A DNA stretch of 64,000 nt from Cyanophora paradoxa CCMP329 (GCA_004431415.1 QPMI01000214.1:1-64000), one strand, 5' to 3'; counted from the stretch's first letter, positions 51,213 through 63,761 are shown. The notes: generated from the sequence alone by a model not told the origin. A program made the numbers and translations.

Positions 51213-54200
51213 CTACTTGCTTTCACCTGTGAGCTTGAGCACCTGGATCCGAAGGGCCGGGGGGCAATTCAGCGATCTCTGCGGAAGAAACGACTGCGCA
51301 TGCAGAGCGAAGCAGAGGCGCACCGCCATGAACGCCTCCTGTGGCACGTCCACCTTGCCGACCGACTGCAGGGCGCGCACATGAGCTCGAGTTGCAGACA
51401 AGAGAGCAGGCAACGCCGCGGACCTTCATACGCTTCTTGCCCTTGGCCTGCTTCTGCAGCAGCTTCTTCTTGCGGCTGATGTCGCCACCGTAGCACTGGG
51501 AGGCGCGTGAGCACCGCTACCGAAGGAAGATGAGCTGGGGCTGCACCTTGGCAAGCACGTCTTTCCTCAGCGCAGAAATAGCTTCGCTGGCAATAATCTT
51601 GGCGCCGATCGACGCCTATCCCCCGGTACCATGAGCTTCGCCTTCCTTGGGGGGCGTTCCCGCGGGAAAAACATGGCGCACCTGGATGGGGATGCGGAAC
51701 TGCTGGCGCGGAATGAGCTCCTTGAGTTTCTCGCAGAGTTCCCGCCCAATCCCGTACGCCTGCCGCCACGTCAGGTGGGAGAGGAGGAGGAGGAGAGGGT
51801 GTGTGTGTGTGTGTGTGCGGGGGGGGGGGGGGGATTTCGCACTCGGTCCTTATGGACGATCGTGGCGAGCGGGTCCAGGGGGTCCCCGTTAATGAGGATG
51901 TCGAGCTTGACGAGCGGGTTGGGGCGGTAGCCGATTAGGTTGTACTCCATCGAGGCGTAGCCGCGGGAGCGCGACTTGAGCTGGTCGAAGAAGTCCGTCA
52001 CCACCTCCGCCAGCGGCACCTCGTACGTGAGGCTCACACGCCCTGAGCCCCGTCGGCGTCACCCCGGCGGGCGCGGGACGAGGCGCGGCGGGCGCGCCCT
52101 GCGAGAGGTACTTCATGTCGATGTATTCGCCGCGGCGGGTTTGACCGAGCTCCATGAGGGGCCCGATGAAGCTCTCGGGCGTGATCATGTCGACACGCAC
52201 ATAAGGCTCCTCCATCGATTCCCGCAGCGTTGGTTCGGGAAGCAACGCAGGATTGTCCACCATGAGCGTCTCTCCCTTCACCGTGTTCACCTTGTACACC
52301 ACCGAAGGCGCCGTAATGATCTGGGCGCCAGTGAGGTCGAGCACCGCCCGGGCGCTGCACAGTCCGCCGCGCGGCGCACCAGATCGAGGTCGTACTCGCG
52401 CTCCAGGCGCTCCTGCACGACCTCCATGTGCAAGAGGCCCAGGAAGCCGCACCGGAAACCGAATCCTGGCGGGAGCCCTTTAGTGCTGGAGGCGAGGCGG
52501 GTAGGGGGGCGCGCGAACCCATCGCAGACGAGTTCTCGGGCTCAAAACTTAGCGCCGCGTCGTTGAGCTTTAGCTTCTGCTCGCTGCGGTGTCAGGCGGA
52601 GCCGGCGGGGCGGACCGGGGCGGGGCGGGCCAAGCCGGGCAGAACACGCCTCGAGCGATTCCTTGAGGTCGGGGTACTGATCGGCGTTCACAGGAAACAT
52701 GCCGCAGAACACCATCGGCTTCGCCTCCTCGTACCTGCCGAACGCCCGCCGCCGGTCAAGCGCCTTCTTGCCTGCCCCCCCGCCCTCCGCACCCCGGCAG
52801 CGGATCAACGGCCGGCCTGTCCACACGCGTCACCGTGTCGCCCACGCGTGCGTCTTCTACTGCCTGTAGGCGACCCCTTTTCAAAGCCGCGAACTTCGTC
52901 CCCGCCCCGCGGCCGCGGCCGCCGCGTACCTTGATGCCTGCGGCAAGGTAGCCGACCTCGCCCGCGTGCAGCTCTGCCACGGGCTTCTGGGTGGGACTGA
53001 GCACCCCGATCTCGCCCACCTGCCCGAGGAATTACTGCTGCGGGCATCGCGCGCGCGACCACAGCGGAGCCGGCGGCGCGCCTCGTACTCCTTGCCGGAG
53101 TTCATGAGGCGGACACGCTGCCCTTTTTGGAGCTGCCCGTCCATCACGCGCATGTACACGATCACACCCCTGCGCCGCGTCACGTCGCCGCCAGCGCCGC
53201 GGATGGGCGAGCGGCGCGCCGGTAGGGGTCGTAGTAGGAGTCGAAGATGAGGGCGCGGAAGGGGTTCTCTGTCCGCTTCTCCGAGGGGGGTGGCACCCGC
53301 TGCACCACCGCCTCAAGGATGTCGTCGATCCCGATCCCCGACTGCCGCCCGTCGCGATCGGCCCCAGCGGCACGCCCCCGGCACCGGCGCCGGCACCTTG
53401 CCGGAGCAGAGGATGGCATTCGAGCAGTCGAGCCCGATGATCTCCTCGATCTCCTTCTTTACTCGCTCCGGGTCCGCGCTAGGGAGGTCAATCTGTGGCG
53501 GCCGCTTCGCGTGAACCGGCGCCGGCGCTGGCCCCAGCGTGCCGGGGCGAACCTTGTTAAGGACGGGGATGATCTCGAGGTTGTTCTCAATGGCGAGGTA
53601 CACGTTGGCGAGGGTCTGCGCCTCCACCCCCTGGCTCGCGTCCACCACCAGCAGCGCCCCCTCGCACGCTAGCAGGGACCGCGACACCTGCCGCCGCGTC
53701 TGCTTCTCGATCGCGGGCCACAGCAGGTCCCCAGAGTGTGCACCTCGTACGAGAAATCCACGTGTCCGGGCGTGTCTATGAGGTTTAGCACGTACGAGTT
53801 CCCGTCTTGCGCCTTGTGGTTCATCCGCGCCGCCTGCAGCTTGATCGTTATGCCCCGCTCGCGCTCCAGGTCCATGTTGTCCAAAAACTGCTCTTTCATC
53901 TCGCGCGCCTGCACTGTTCCTGTCGCCTGCACGTGCGGCTCAGACGAGGACAGCGTGCGAGGCCCCAGAGGCCCCGAGGACCTGCAAGAGCCTATCGGCG
54001 ATGGTGCTTTTTCCGTGGTCAATGTGCGCGATAATACAGAAGCTGTGCGCGGCGCTGTTTGTCAGCCTGTGAATATGGCATGGGCGGCGGCCGCACTTGC
54101 GGAGCCGCTCAACCGGCACGTCCACCTTGCCCTCGACTGCAGAAACGATCAGGTTCCATGCGCGGTTGAGCAGGTGGGATGCTCTGGCGTGCCCTGCTTC

Positions 54201-54484
54201 GCGTCGCTGGCCTCACGCGTAGTGTCCGCCGCCGCGCGCACTGTGTCCAGCGCCCTCGAAGCACGGGGGGCCCGCCTACGCTCCTCGATCCTGACGGCTT
54301 GCCCGAAAAAAGTTCTCGCCGCGCGGCCGCTGAAGGTGCGCATGCGTTCGGCCGAGAGGCTCGTCGCGGGCCTTGTCGGAAGCGTGCGGGCCGGACAGAA
54401 GTCCACCCCGCCCTGTGCCGATTGCTGCGGAACGACCGCAGGGCCCACCCGCGCAGGGGCTAGACCGATGCAGGCGCTGAACAT
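51213..54484 (-). CDS. lepA: Translation factor LepA/EF4 (GUF1 family), probably plastid-targeted
   Basis: [78 protein letters not shown]. Transit-like N-terminus. Confidence 0.96.
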
Positions 54485-54857
54485 CGAATAATCTTCGGAG
54501 GTCGCCGGCGGGAAGAGTTGTTGCTCGTGTGGGATTCCTCTACGCTGCTGCTTTCGCACCGCTGCGGCTGCGCGCGTCCCTGATCCGGCCCTGCGAAGGG
54601 GGGTACTGCGCTTAGCTACTTTCTGTACCCGTCCCGGTTCGTGGGGGGGGGTCCCGGCCCCACACTTCAAGGCTTCATTATTAATCGTTTCGGCTTCGGC
54701 GCCCTCAAAGCCTCGCAGCGAGCGCGGGAGAGCCCTCCCAGCGACTCTGAATATAAGAACAGCGCAGCAGGTGAGCGGCGGCGGGCGTGGCGGGCCTGCA
54801 CGTGCATTTCAAGGGGGGCTCACCCGCCCCGCGCCGCGACTGCCGCGCAGACGTCGG

Positions 54858-56562
54858 ATGCCGAGCTCCTCGGCCTTTGTCGGCAGTGCCGTTTGTGTGC
54901 CCGGCCGCGGCGCGGTCGTCGTTGGCGCCGCGCCGGCACTCAAAGGTCATCACGCGAAGGTTCGCGGGTTTCGGGGGCAGCGGCTGCTTCATTGCATAGG
55001 ATGTTGTCTCCGCTTTGCGTCTTCGGGCGTTAAACGGCCCCGGGCGTTGGCTTACCTGATCGCGTCCCCCGTGCAGGGCACCGCGCGGAAGATCAGCCGC
55101 GCCTCGTCTGCGTTCGCGGGCGCCGAGAACGCTGGCCGCAACTTCTTTGGCAACAAGGTGTTCACCACCGCACGCTCGGCCGAGCAGGCGGCGGAGGCGC
55201 CAGTGCCCGGTGAGCTGTTTCATCGGGCTCTCCGAAGAGCGCATGTTGCTGATCATTTGCCGGTCTTTGCTCTCTTCCCAGCTCCTATCGTTTGCGAGGC
55301 GCCTGGTGTCGCGCAGCAGTACTCGTACGGCTCGAGCACCAGCTACAGCAATGGCTACAGCAGCAACGGCTTCGGCAGTTCGTCGAAATTTGAGAGTGAC
55401 GCGCAGATGTTTGAGTACATGTCGGCCGCGAACCCGAAGATGGCGAAGGTTCCGATGGTGAGCCTGCCGGCCTCGCTTCATGAGGAAGGCCCGACCCGGA
55501 TCATTCCTTTCGATGTGTCGCACTCGCTTGCGGTCGACTATCCGGCCACCTCGCCGTGCCTGCTCGCGCACTACATCCGCATCAACCCGAGCGAGAGCAT
55601 CTCGACCGATCCGGAGGCGACGTCCCAGATTTTCTACGTTATCCGCGGCCGCGGTCGCACCGAGACCCGTGAGGGAACTATCTCCTGGAAGGAAGGCGGT
55701 GCGTCAGGTCCTTCGATGCCAATCTGCGCGAGTTGCTGAGGTCTCTGTTGGCAGACGTTTTCGTGCTGCCGACGAAGACTCCCGCGACTCACATTTCGGA
55801 CGGAGATTCTGCCATGTACTACGTGCACGATGGCCCCCTGCTTAACTACCTCGGCGCTAAGCCCGACGCCCCCCGGTTCTTCTTTTCGCTCTCGCCATTT
55901 CCTTTTTGAGTTTGATCGATTCGCTCTATCCCAGGTTCCGGCCCACCCTCTACACTCGGGAGGCCATGCAGGACGAGATGCATCGCGTGCGGTCTGCACC
56001 TGGCGCCGCCCAGCGCAACCGAATGGGGATCCTTCTCGGCAACGCGTGCGCGCTGCCGCCCCTCTTCTCCCCCCGTCCTCTTTGACTGTTTCTCTGCGAA
56101 GCGCTACCCCCCAGACTAAGACCATCACTCACACTATGTGGTCTCTTTTCAACTGCATCACCCCCGGCCTCGTCCAGAAGCCTCACAGGTGCATGGTTTA
56201 TTTCCAATTCTCTGAGGCTTTCACCGTACTTACGGCTCGTGCGGCAGGCACAACTCGGTCGCGCTGGACCTCTGCGTTGCCGCCAAGCCTGGCGTGTACA
56301 CGCTTATCAGCGACAGGCTAGACGAGAACGGCCAGCTCGTGAAGCCCTCTCGCGTCGACTGGAAGGCGGGGGAGGTGAGTCGTGGTCTCCCTTGCGAGAT
56401 CCCTCTTTTCAACACCTCACCTCGGTCCAGGCCTTCATCACGCCTCCCGGCCTGTGGCACGCACACTACAACGAGTCTGACGAGGACGCGTACGTTTTCC
56501 CGGTGCAAGACGCCGGCCTCCACACTTTCTTGCGTACTCTCGACATCCAGTTCTCGAAATGA
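54858..56562 (+). CDS. Bicupin (gentisate-dioxygenase-like fold) protein with plastid transit peptide
   Basis: MPSSSAFVGSAV start, FEYMSAANP, ATSQIFYVIRGRG, QKPHRHNSVALDL, FITPPGLWHAHYN, FPVQDAGLHTFLRTLDIQFS. Confidence 0.8.
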
Positions 56563-57455
56563 GTGCTTCCATTGGGTCCATCGGCCTCCTGGTCGCTTCC
56601 TGTGACAACTTGAGATCGAGAGGATTAGAGCAGCATTGTATACATCCCCGAAGAGTGCCTTCAGCTCGCTTCGTCCGTTTGCTTTGGTAGTGTGCCAACT
56701 TTTTAGAGTCGCCTCCGATGTTAGTAGAAGATAAGTTTATTTCTCAGTTTTAGGGGATTGCATCTCTTTTCCACAAAGAGCCCTTGTAATGGTAAATACA
56801 ATTCGAAAACGAACCAGGGCGGGAGTTCTTTGCGCGAGAGCCTTTCATCCGTGCAAAGGTGAGGGCGATCCATACTACTCCAACTGCTTGACTTCTGAAG
56901 GTCGTTAAAGATAGCGGAAGACTCTGAGAGGAGGCTGCTGACGTCGCTGCACCTGCAATGCACTTGCTCGCCCAGGCTCGTCACCAGCACATGCCCTCTG
57001 GTGGTCACGTCCATGGGCCACAGTGCAGGCATTGAAAATGATGGTACCAGTTGACATTTGCGTTCAGTGTAGACACGTGAGCTAGCGGCTAGCTAGCTGC
57101 ATCTGTGCCCTACGCCTGTCTGGCCATGGAAGGTGCGGCCCTCGGCGTTGCTGGCCCGTCCGTTCCTCCCCCCTAGCGGCCTCATCGTAATATTAATCGA
57201 AATAAGAGACGTCCAACCTTAGCTTGGTCGCCCCGGGACCCGGGCATCGAGGGGGGTGGCACGATATGGGCAAAAAGTATCATAGCATCAAGCACGTCAT
57301 TCTGCGTCTTAGATTTCAAGTTTCAGGTGGGTGCGGGCTGGCTCCCACAATCACTGTCCTAAGTGGGCATGGTAGGGCGCCGCGCGCTGGGTAAGCTGGG
57401 CCCGCGGCACGTTGCCGCCGCGATTGTAGGTGTATACATGATAATTCCTTTCCGG

Positions 57456-58124
57456 ATTATTGTTGTTCTTCTGGCTCGACTCCGTACCTGAGGGTCACTC
57501 TATTCAGAGCGGCAACGCAAGATAAGTAATCAGAACACGTACGCCTTCGCCGCCTTCGCGAGCGCTTCTTGCTCCTTCTTTGTATCCATCTTTTTCGTTT
57601 GTTTTTGCTGGGAATAATACAGGACGATCAGGTACCTGCGCAAAACATGCCGTCAGGCGCTGCGCTTTGCCGTCAAAGCGTTTTCAGGCGCACCGATTGC
57701 ACACGTTGAAGCCGCTCAAGTGGTCGCACGCGTTCTTCGCATCGTGTATATCCTCATACACCACAAAGGCTGTGCCCCTCGTGTCCGGAGCCATGCCCCT
57801 GCGCAGCATGATCTCTCCAAGAGCGCGGGGCGGCAGGCGGGCCATGCCGCACATCCGAATCTGTCGTATGGGCCCATACTTGCCAAAGATATCGTACATC
57901 TCCTCCGCAGTGATTTTGAAGGGCAGGTTCCTGGCCGGCGCATGAGGATGCAGTGCATGGAAGACGCGAGGCCGGGCGCTCGCCATGCGAGCGCCTACCT
58001 TACATAAAGGATCCTGTTAACCTCGGGAGGCAGCCGACTCTGCGACGCGGTTCAGTGTTCGCTGGAGCGCGACAGGCGCGGAGCACCGCACGTTCGCCCG
58101 GGACCGGAGCCCGCCTGCCTGCAT
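57456..58124 (-). CDS. SF3B6: Splicing factor 3B subunit 6 (p14)
   Basis: [38 protein letters not shown]...[25 protein letters not shown]. Last exon YGVEPEEQQ*. Confidence 0.95.
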
Positions 58125-58735
58125 GCTGCAATTGAACAAACTCGGCCTGTGACACGCGTCTGGGGGTACAGCACACACTACGTGCATACGGCACGACTTC
58201 GACGCTGTGAACAAAGGGCCGGGAGAGTCCTGGGGAACGGAGCCCCTCTATCCGGTCCATGCGATAACCGGCGCCGCACAACTTGGCGCGCAAGACTGTG
58301 GGCGGAAGAGGTTGGTGGCCAACCAACCGGAGGGAGAGCTAGAGGCTAGCTAGAGCTGCCAGGCTAGCCAGCTATAGCTAGCTAGATCTAGAGCTGCAGG
58401 CGCTGCCTCTTCGCCGGGGCCGGGGCCGCCGACGAGGACCCGTGGCCAGACGCCTCCGGATCCGGTGCGGGATCCGGGGCTCGAGCTGGCATGTCGACGG
58501 CCGGCACCGGGGCCTGCGCATGCACAAAAACGTTTATCCGGTCAAAGAACGTTTATCTCGTCTGCTTATACCCTTAGGAGAGTTGCCTAGATAGCTATTC
58601 CGTAATCGTAATCGCGACCCCCACCTCCTTAATTAGTGTCCTATCGTACTCGCGACTTAAACTTAGCCCCAATCGTAATCGTAATCGCAGCTCCCGCCTC
58701 CTTGATCATGAGCCCTTAAGCTTTAAAATTAAGGC

Positions 58736-60563
58736 TTAGGTGTAATTAAAGCCTGTACCGTACCCCTTAAGAGATCTAGATGACAAAAACGTGCAAAAAC
58801 GTCTCGGACTGCGCACCGTCTGTGCACCGGCGGCCCCAACGACCTCCAGCGGAGGGGGGCGCCCGTCAGCGTCGTCCACACCCGAGGCCACCCGAAGCAT
58901 GATGTTCCTGCGAGCGATGTATACGCAGCGTGAGGGGCAGGAAAACTGGGCCCCCCGGCCGGCGCGTGCACACGCACCGAGCCCCGTTGAAGTCGCGGTC
59001 CATGATCGCCCGGCACGCCGGGCAGCGGAAGACCTTGTTGCCCCGAAGCTTGCTGTGGATGTGCCCGCAGCACCCGCATGTCTTGGAGGTGTAGTCCTCG
59101 CGGACGATGTGCACCCTGCAGCCAGGGCGGAGCCGGGAGGCAAGATACAGGTCCTCGCGGAACCTGGGAGCGAGATGTGTATGCAGGTGGAGAGGGGAGG
59201 CCCGAGGGGCGGGGAAGGGGACGGACTTGTAGTGCCCAAAGAAGAGCATCTGCCGCGCCACCCAGCCCCTCAGCACCCGCCGCCCGCGGCGGACCTGTGC
59301 ATGCCCGCTATCAGCTGCATGTTACGTATACGCAAAGGAGGCGGGGGGGGGAGGGGGGGGGGGGGGGGGGGGGGGGGGGCGGCCATTGCGCTGACTGGCG
59401 GCGCTGGCGTGTAGATGTCGTCGTAGTTCTCGACGAAGTACCTGCACGCGGGCTGCTCAAAAAACAGAACGGGGACCTGCAACTGGGCGAAAATTCTATT
59501 CGGGGAGCCGAACGGACACACCGGATTGCGCAGCGGCGATCCTCCGTGCATCGGTTGCGCACCCTGGCATAGATCCGGAGCGCCCGATGCAGGAGCCGCC
59601 CCTGCTTGCGCAGCTGCAGCCGCTGCTGCGGCTCCATCTGCTGGGCTGGGAGCTTGGCTGCCGGCTGCTGCTGGTTCGTCTGCATACCCGAAGGCCCCGC
59701 TGCAGGGGCCGCCACCACTGCCGCCGCAGGAGAGCCACCCGTGGTGGCGGCCCGGAGAGGAGGTGCACCAGCAGGTGCACCTCCGCCCCCAGCCCCCTGG
59801 GCGGCCACCGGACCCGCCCCCTCGCCGCCGCTCTCGCCTCCCCACAGGCCCGCCTCCTCGTCGCGCCCCCAGTCCATCGCGTTGTCGTCCGCGGCGGCCA
59901 GGGCGTTGAGCCTTCGGGGATCTTTCGCCCGCCGACGCGCCACCCTCGCCGCCCTCGCCACCCGCGTCGCCTCCTCCCGGGGCGTGCGCCTCGCCGTCTC
60001 CGCCTCCTCCGGCGGCACCTGCTCCTGCTCCTCCTCCCGCGCCATCCGTGCCTTCTCCCGATCTTCGCGCCTCTTCTTCTTCTCCGCCGTCTTCTCTTCA
60101 ACCTTCTTCTCCTTCTCCCGCGCCGCCTCCGCCTCTGCCTTCCTCAGCACCGGCTTCTTCGACATGTCCATTGCGCGCTCCGCGTCCCGCAGTCGCGCCT
60201 CACGCTTCAAGTATGCTCCGGGACCAATCTGCGCAGAGGCCCCGACCGTTTGGCCGAGGCTGGGAGGGCGGAGGGTCTCTCGTCACCTCGACGACGCGCC
60301 CGGCACCATCGTAGCCGGTGAGGGACGTCACCACGCCCGGGTCGATGCTGATGGCGCCTCCAAACTCGCGCCGCCGAGCGGTCTCCTCGGGGGTTGCCCC
60401 TCGGAGGCGGCCCCCCCCGCTGCCAGAAGAACGCGGTGCAGCCGAAGAAGAAGCAGCTGCAGGGGCTTCAGCTGGACGGGAATGTCCCTGCGCGACCCCT
60501 TGCGCAAATGGGATCGGGACATTGCGCCGGGCTATAGCTTTCCGTGAAGCCGGCGGCGGTGGC

Positions 60564-60596
<33 letters not shown>

Positions 60597-63500
60597 GACG
60601 ACGACGACGATGCCATCAAGGGGCGCCGCTGCTTTGAAGCTACAGAGGCCAGGTACTGGTACCTCTGTGCACGGTACCGGGCGCACGCACTGTCAGGCAG
60701 ACGTGCAAAAGCTGAGAGCCGGTGACGGCACCTGCAGATGGGAGCGGACGCTGTCGACGGTCAAGGTCAGGGGCGTGACCCCCAACGGGGAGCCGTGCGC
60801 CAGCCTCGTGTGCACCAACTCCGCTGTCGGCCTCCCGCCCGCTGTGATACCCATGGCCAGACACAGGTAAGACACGCATGAGAGGTCCGGGCCGGGCGCA
60901 CAGGAGGATGCGATCTCGTCCACGACTGACACGAAGCGCTCGCTGAGGCTGCGGAAGCACTCCGACCGCCAGGCCTCCTCCCGGTACCCCTGAGCGGGGG
61001 GTTACCAGCGGGTCTGGCGGACTCGGGGGACGGCGGACCAGCAGACGGCGGCGGACTCCGTCCAGGGCGTCCCTGTGCACACGGGCGCCCCACTGCGTGA
61101 CTCCTCCATCCTTTCGCCTGAGCTTGAGCCTCCTGCTGTCGTCGGGTACGACGCCTATGACACTCCTGCCTTGCTTCACGGCCCGCAGCCCCTCGTAGCC
61201 GAGCTCCTTCAGCTTCTCGAGGTCGAGCTTGAAAGACTCCTTCAAATCATCAAGCACGGCCCTCGCGGTCACCTCTGCGCGGGAGAGGGCCATGGGCCGC
61301 GTGGGTCAGGCGGGCTCCTGTACGTGTCTCAGCGTGCGTGCGCACTGAAGATGCCCTTGTCGTCCACGGTGCTCTTGAAGCGCGTCCGGAGCCCCTCCGA
61401 CCAACCCCCCCAGTAGTCCCGGCGGGGCCACTTCTCGGGCACCCGCTCGATTCCCGCGGCGCCCAGCCGCTCCACAGTTCTCGCGGCACGGGCGTCCTCC
61501 AGCGGGCACGCGATGCACAGCCTGCAGAAAAAGATGCGCTCAGCCACGAGCGGCGAAGAAAGGGCGGGGCCGGGGTGACAGTTTTTATCATTCTTTTTTT
61601 ATGGATTGTATAAAGAATCTTCATATTTATTAGATTTTTAAAATTAGATTTTGTTTCTCTTTCTGTTTGTTATCATTCATTTTTCGTCATTTTTGTCATC
61701 TTAAATGATCTTTGATTCGCAGGGGAGAGGGGAGGGGAAAGGGCGGGGCGTACCTGGCCCGGGCGCGCCCTCGACGGGACGTGCGCCCAAGCACGAGCCG
61801 CGCTATGTGATGTAGCTCGTCGGGAAGCGTGTCGTGTGCTCGCACCCGTCGAAGGAAGGACCAGTAACCGCTCTCCGTGTTGTACCTGTCCGGGGGCACG
61901 GCGATGGAGTACCAGTCCAGCCGCTCCCCCTTGACGGCGTGGGTGCGGTGCCTGACGGCAGAAAAAAAACGAGATGAGACGGAGCACACTGACACGAGAT
62001 CTAGAGGAGATCTAGACCCGTTCAAGAATCACCGGGCGCACCGAATGCTCTCCGGGTCGCGTCCACGTTCGAGCTGCTCCCGCACGGCCTGGATGGCATC
62101 TTGAAGGGCCCCCGTCCACACCGTAGAGAAGCACCCCTGCAGCTGCTCGCGACCGCTTTGCCCCTTCTCGGCGGCAGCTGCAGCCTCGGCTTCGGCCCTG
62201 TGCGTTGAGCGCAGGACGAGGAGCCTCTCAAAGGTCCCCTCCTGATGCCCACGAGGGCGGTGAGGGAGCGCCCTGCGCGCCCCTTCCTCGCCCCGCAGGC
62301 GACGCGCACCGAGATCAAATCCTGCGAAGCATCGACCAGCCGCTTCCGCCCTCCCTTGCCGCCCTTGCCGGGCTGCTTCGAGCACAGGGCGCTGTACAGC
62401 TGCCCCTCGACCGACCTCCAGAAGCCCGTCCCCATGACCGCGATCTGCCAGAGCCCAGCCAGGTGGATCAGGGCACCGCGAAGGGCCGGAGCCCCCGGAC
62501 CGCCCCCCCCGCCCACGGCACCTCCTCCAGAATGAGGCGGAGCCCGTCCAGGCCGGCATTGTAGGCGAACACACACTCGCGTACGCCCGCCTTGCACCTT
62601 CTGTACTCCTCGCCCTCGACGTCGAAGGTCAGGTGGTAGACCTTCGTGGCCTCGGCCTCCCTCTTCTTCTTCGTATCACGCGCGGGGAGGTCGCCGAAGC
62701 TGCCGCCGGGCTCGCCTCGCCCTGAAAAGGAGTGAGGCATGCACAGGAGGAGGGCACGGAAGCTCCCGTGCCGCCAGAAATTGAAGGCCAGACGCACGCA
62801 GCAGCTCGGCCGCGGCGGCACGGGAGTAGCCCGCCGGCACAGCCCCGTCCCGTGCGACGTGAACCTTGGCGCCGCACGGGATGTCGGAGAGGAGGCGCTG
62901 CTCGGAGGGGGACCATTCTTCCTTCGAAATCGCCCGCGTCGCCCCCTCGAGCGGCTTCCAGAGCTGTGCACGGGGGGGAGGGGGGGGGAGGGGGAGGGGG
63001 GGGAGGGGGGGGGGGGGGCGGGGGGGGGGAGCATCAGGGGTAGGGCCCACAGCAGCGGACGGCCATCGCGCACAATTTCCGATGCTGCCCGTGCCCCCCC
63101 GTGCTGCCAGAAGGCGACGAGCTCCCGGTTCGCGGCCTTGAACAGGTCCCACAGCGCGCCAGTGCGCTCCAGCTGCCCCCGCATCGGCTGCCGCTGCAGG
63201 AGCCCCTCCACGACGACTGGTTTCACGTCCCTGACGGCCCGTTTCAGGTCGGATGCAAAGCAGAGCCAAGCGCGCCCCAGGCAAAGCGTACCGCTTGGAG
63301 ACAGTCGCGAAGAGCTTGACGATGGCATCCACGACCCCCTCGAGCCCCTCGCCGAGGCGGCAGCGGGGACAGTACCACAGGCTCCGCGGCACCAACCCCG
63401 CAAAGTTGGGGGATGCGCCCCGCAGCTCGCTGAGCATGCGCAAGCCGGAGGAGGAGAGGAGGGAGGAGGGAGAGGAGGAGCTCGAGGAGGAGAAGGGGGC

Positions 63501-63761
63501 GGCGGCCGCGGGAGGGGGAAGTGCGCCGCCCTCCCCTCGGCAGCCAGGGTGGTACGGCCGAGCGCAACCGGCGCAGCGCGCGGCGATGACCTCGCTGAAG
63601 ACGGCGCTGAAGGCGAACCCCCGCCGGCCGTCGGCGGCGGCGGCGTTCACGAACCCCGCTGGGGCAAAGGCCCGCCTGCACGCGCCGCACTCCTCGCGCG
63701 GCGGCTTGGCGGAGGAGGCGTCGAGGAGGAGCCTAACCGCCTCCTCGGCCTCACCGCTCAT
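58736..63761 (-). CDS. PHD-finger-fused Fanzor (Fanzor2/IS607-TnpB type) RNA-guided nuclease, ~15-16 introns; true start may lie further upstream
   Basis: PHD C4HC3 at 63360-63689. Fanzor N-terminal CVFAYNAGL, RuvC-I SIDPG (D at 60341), ENYDDIYTP, rearranged RuvC-II REDYTSKTC (E at 59097), Zn finger CGCC..CPAC, RuvC-III DRDFNGARNI. Exons join in frame through GT/GC-AG introns. Confidence 0.8.

Noticed and set aside
56700-57032. Minus-strand exon-like fragment downstream of the cupin gene
   Set aside because: No recognisable motif or complete gene model.
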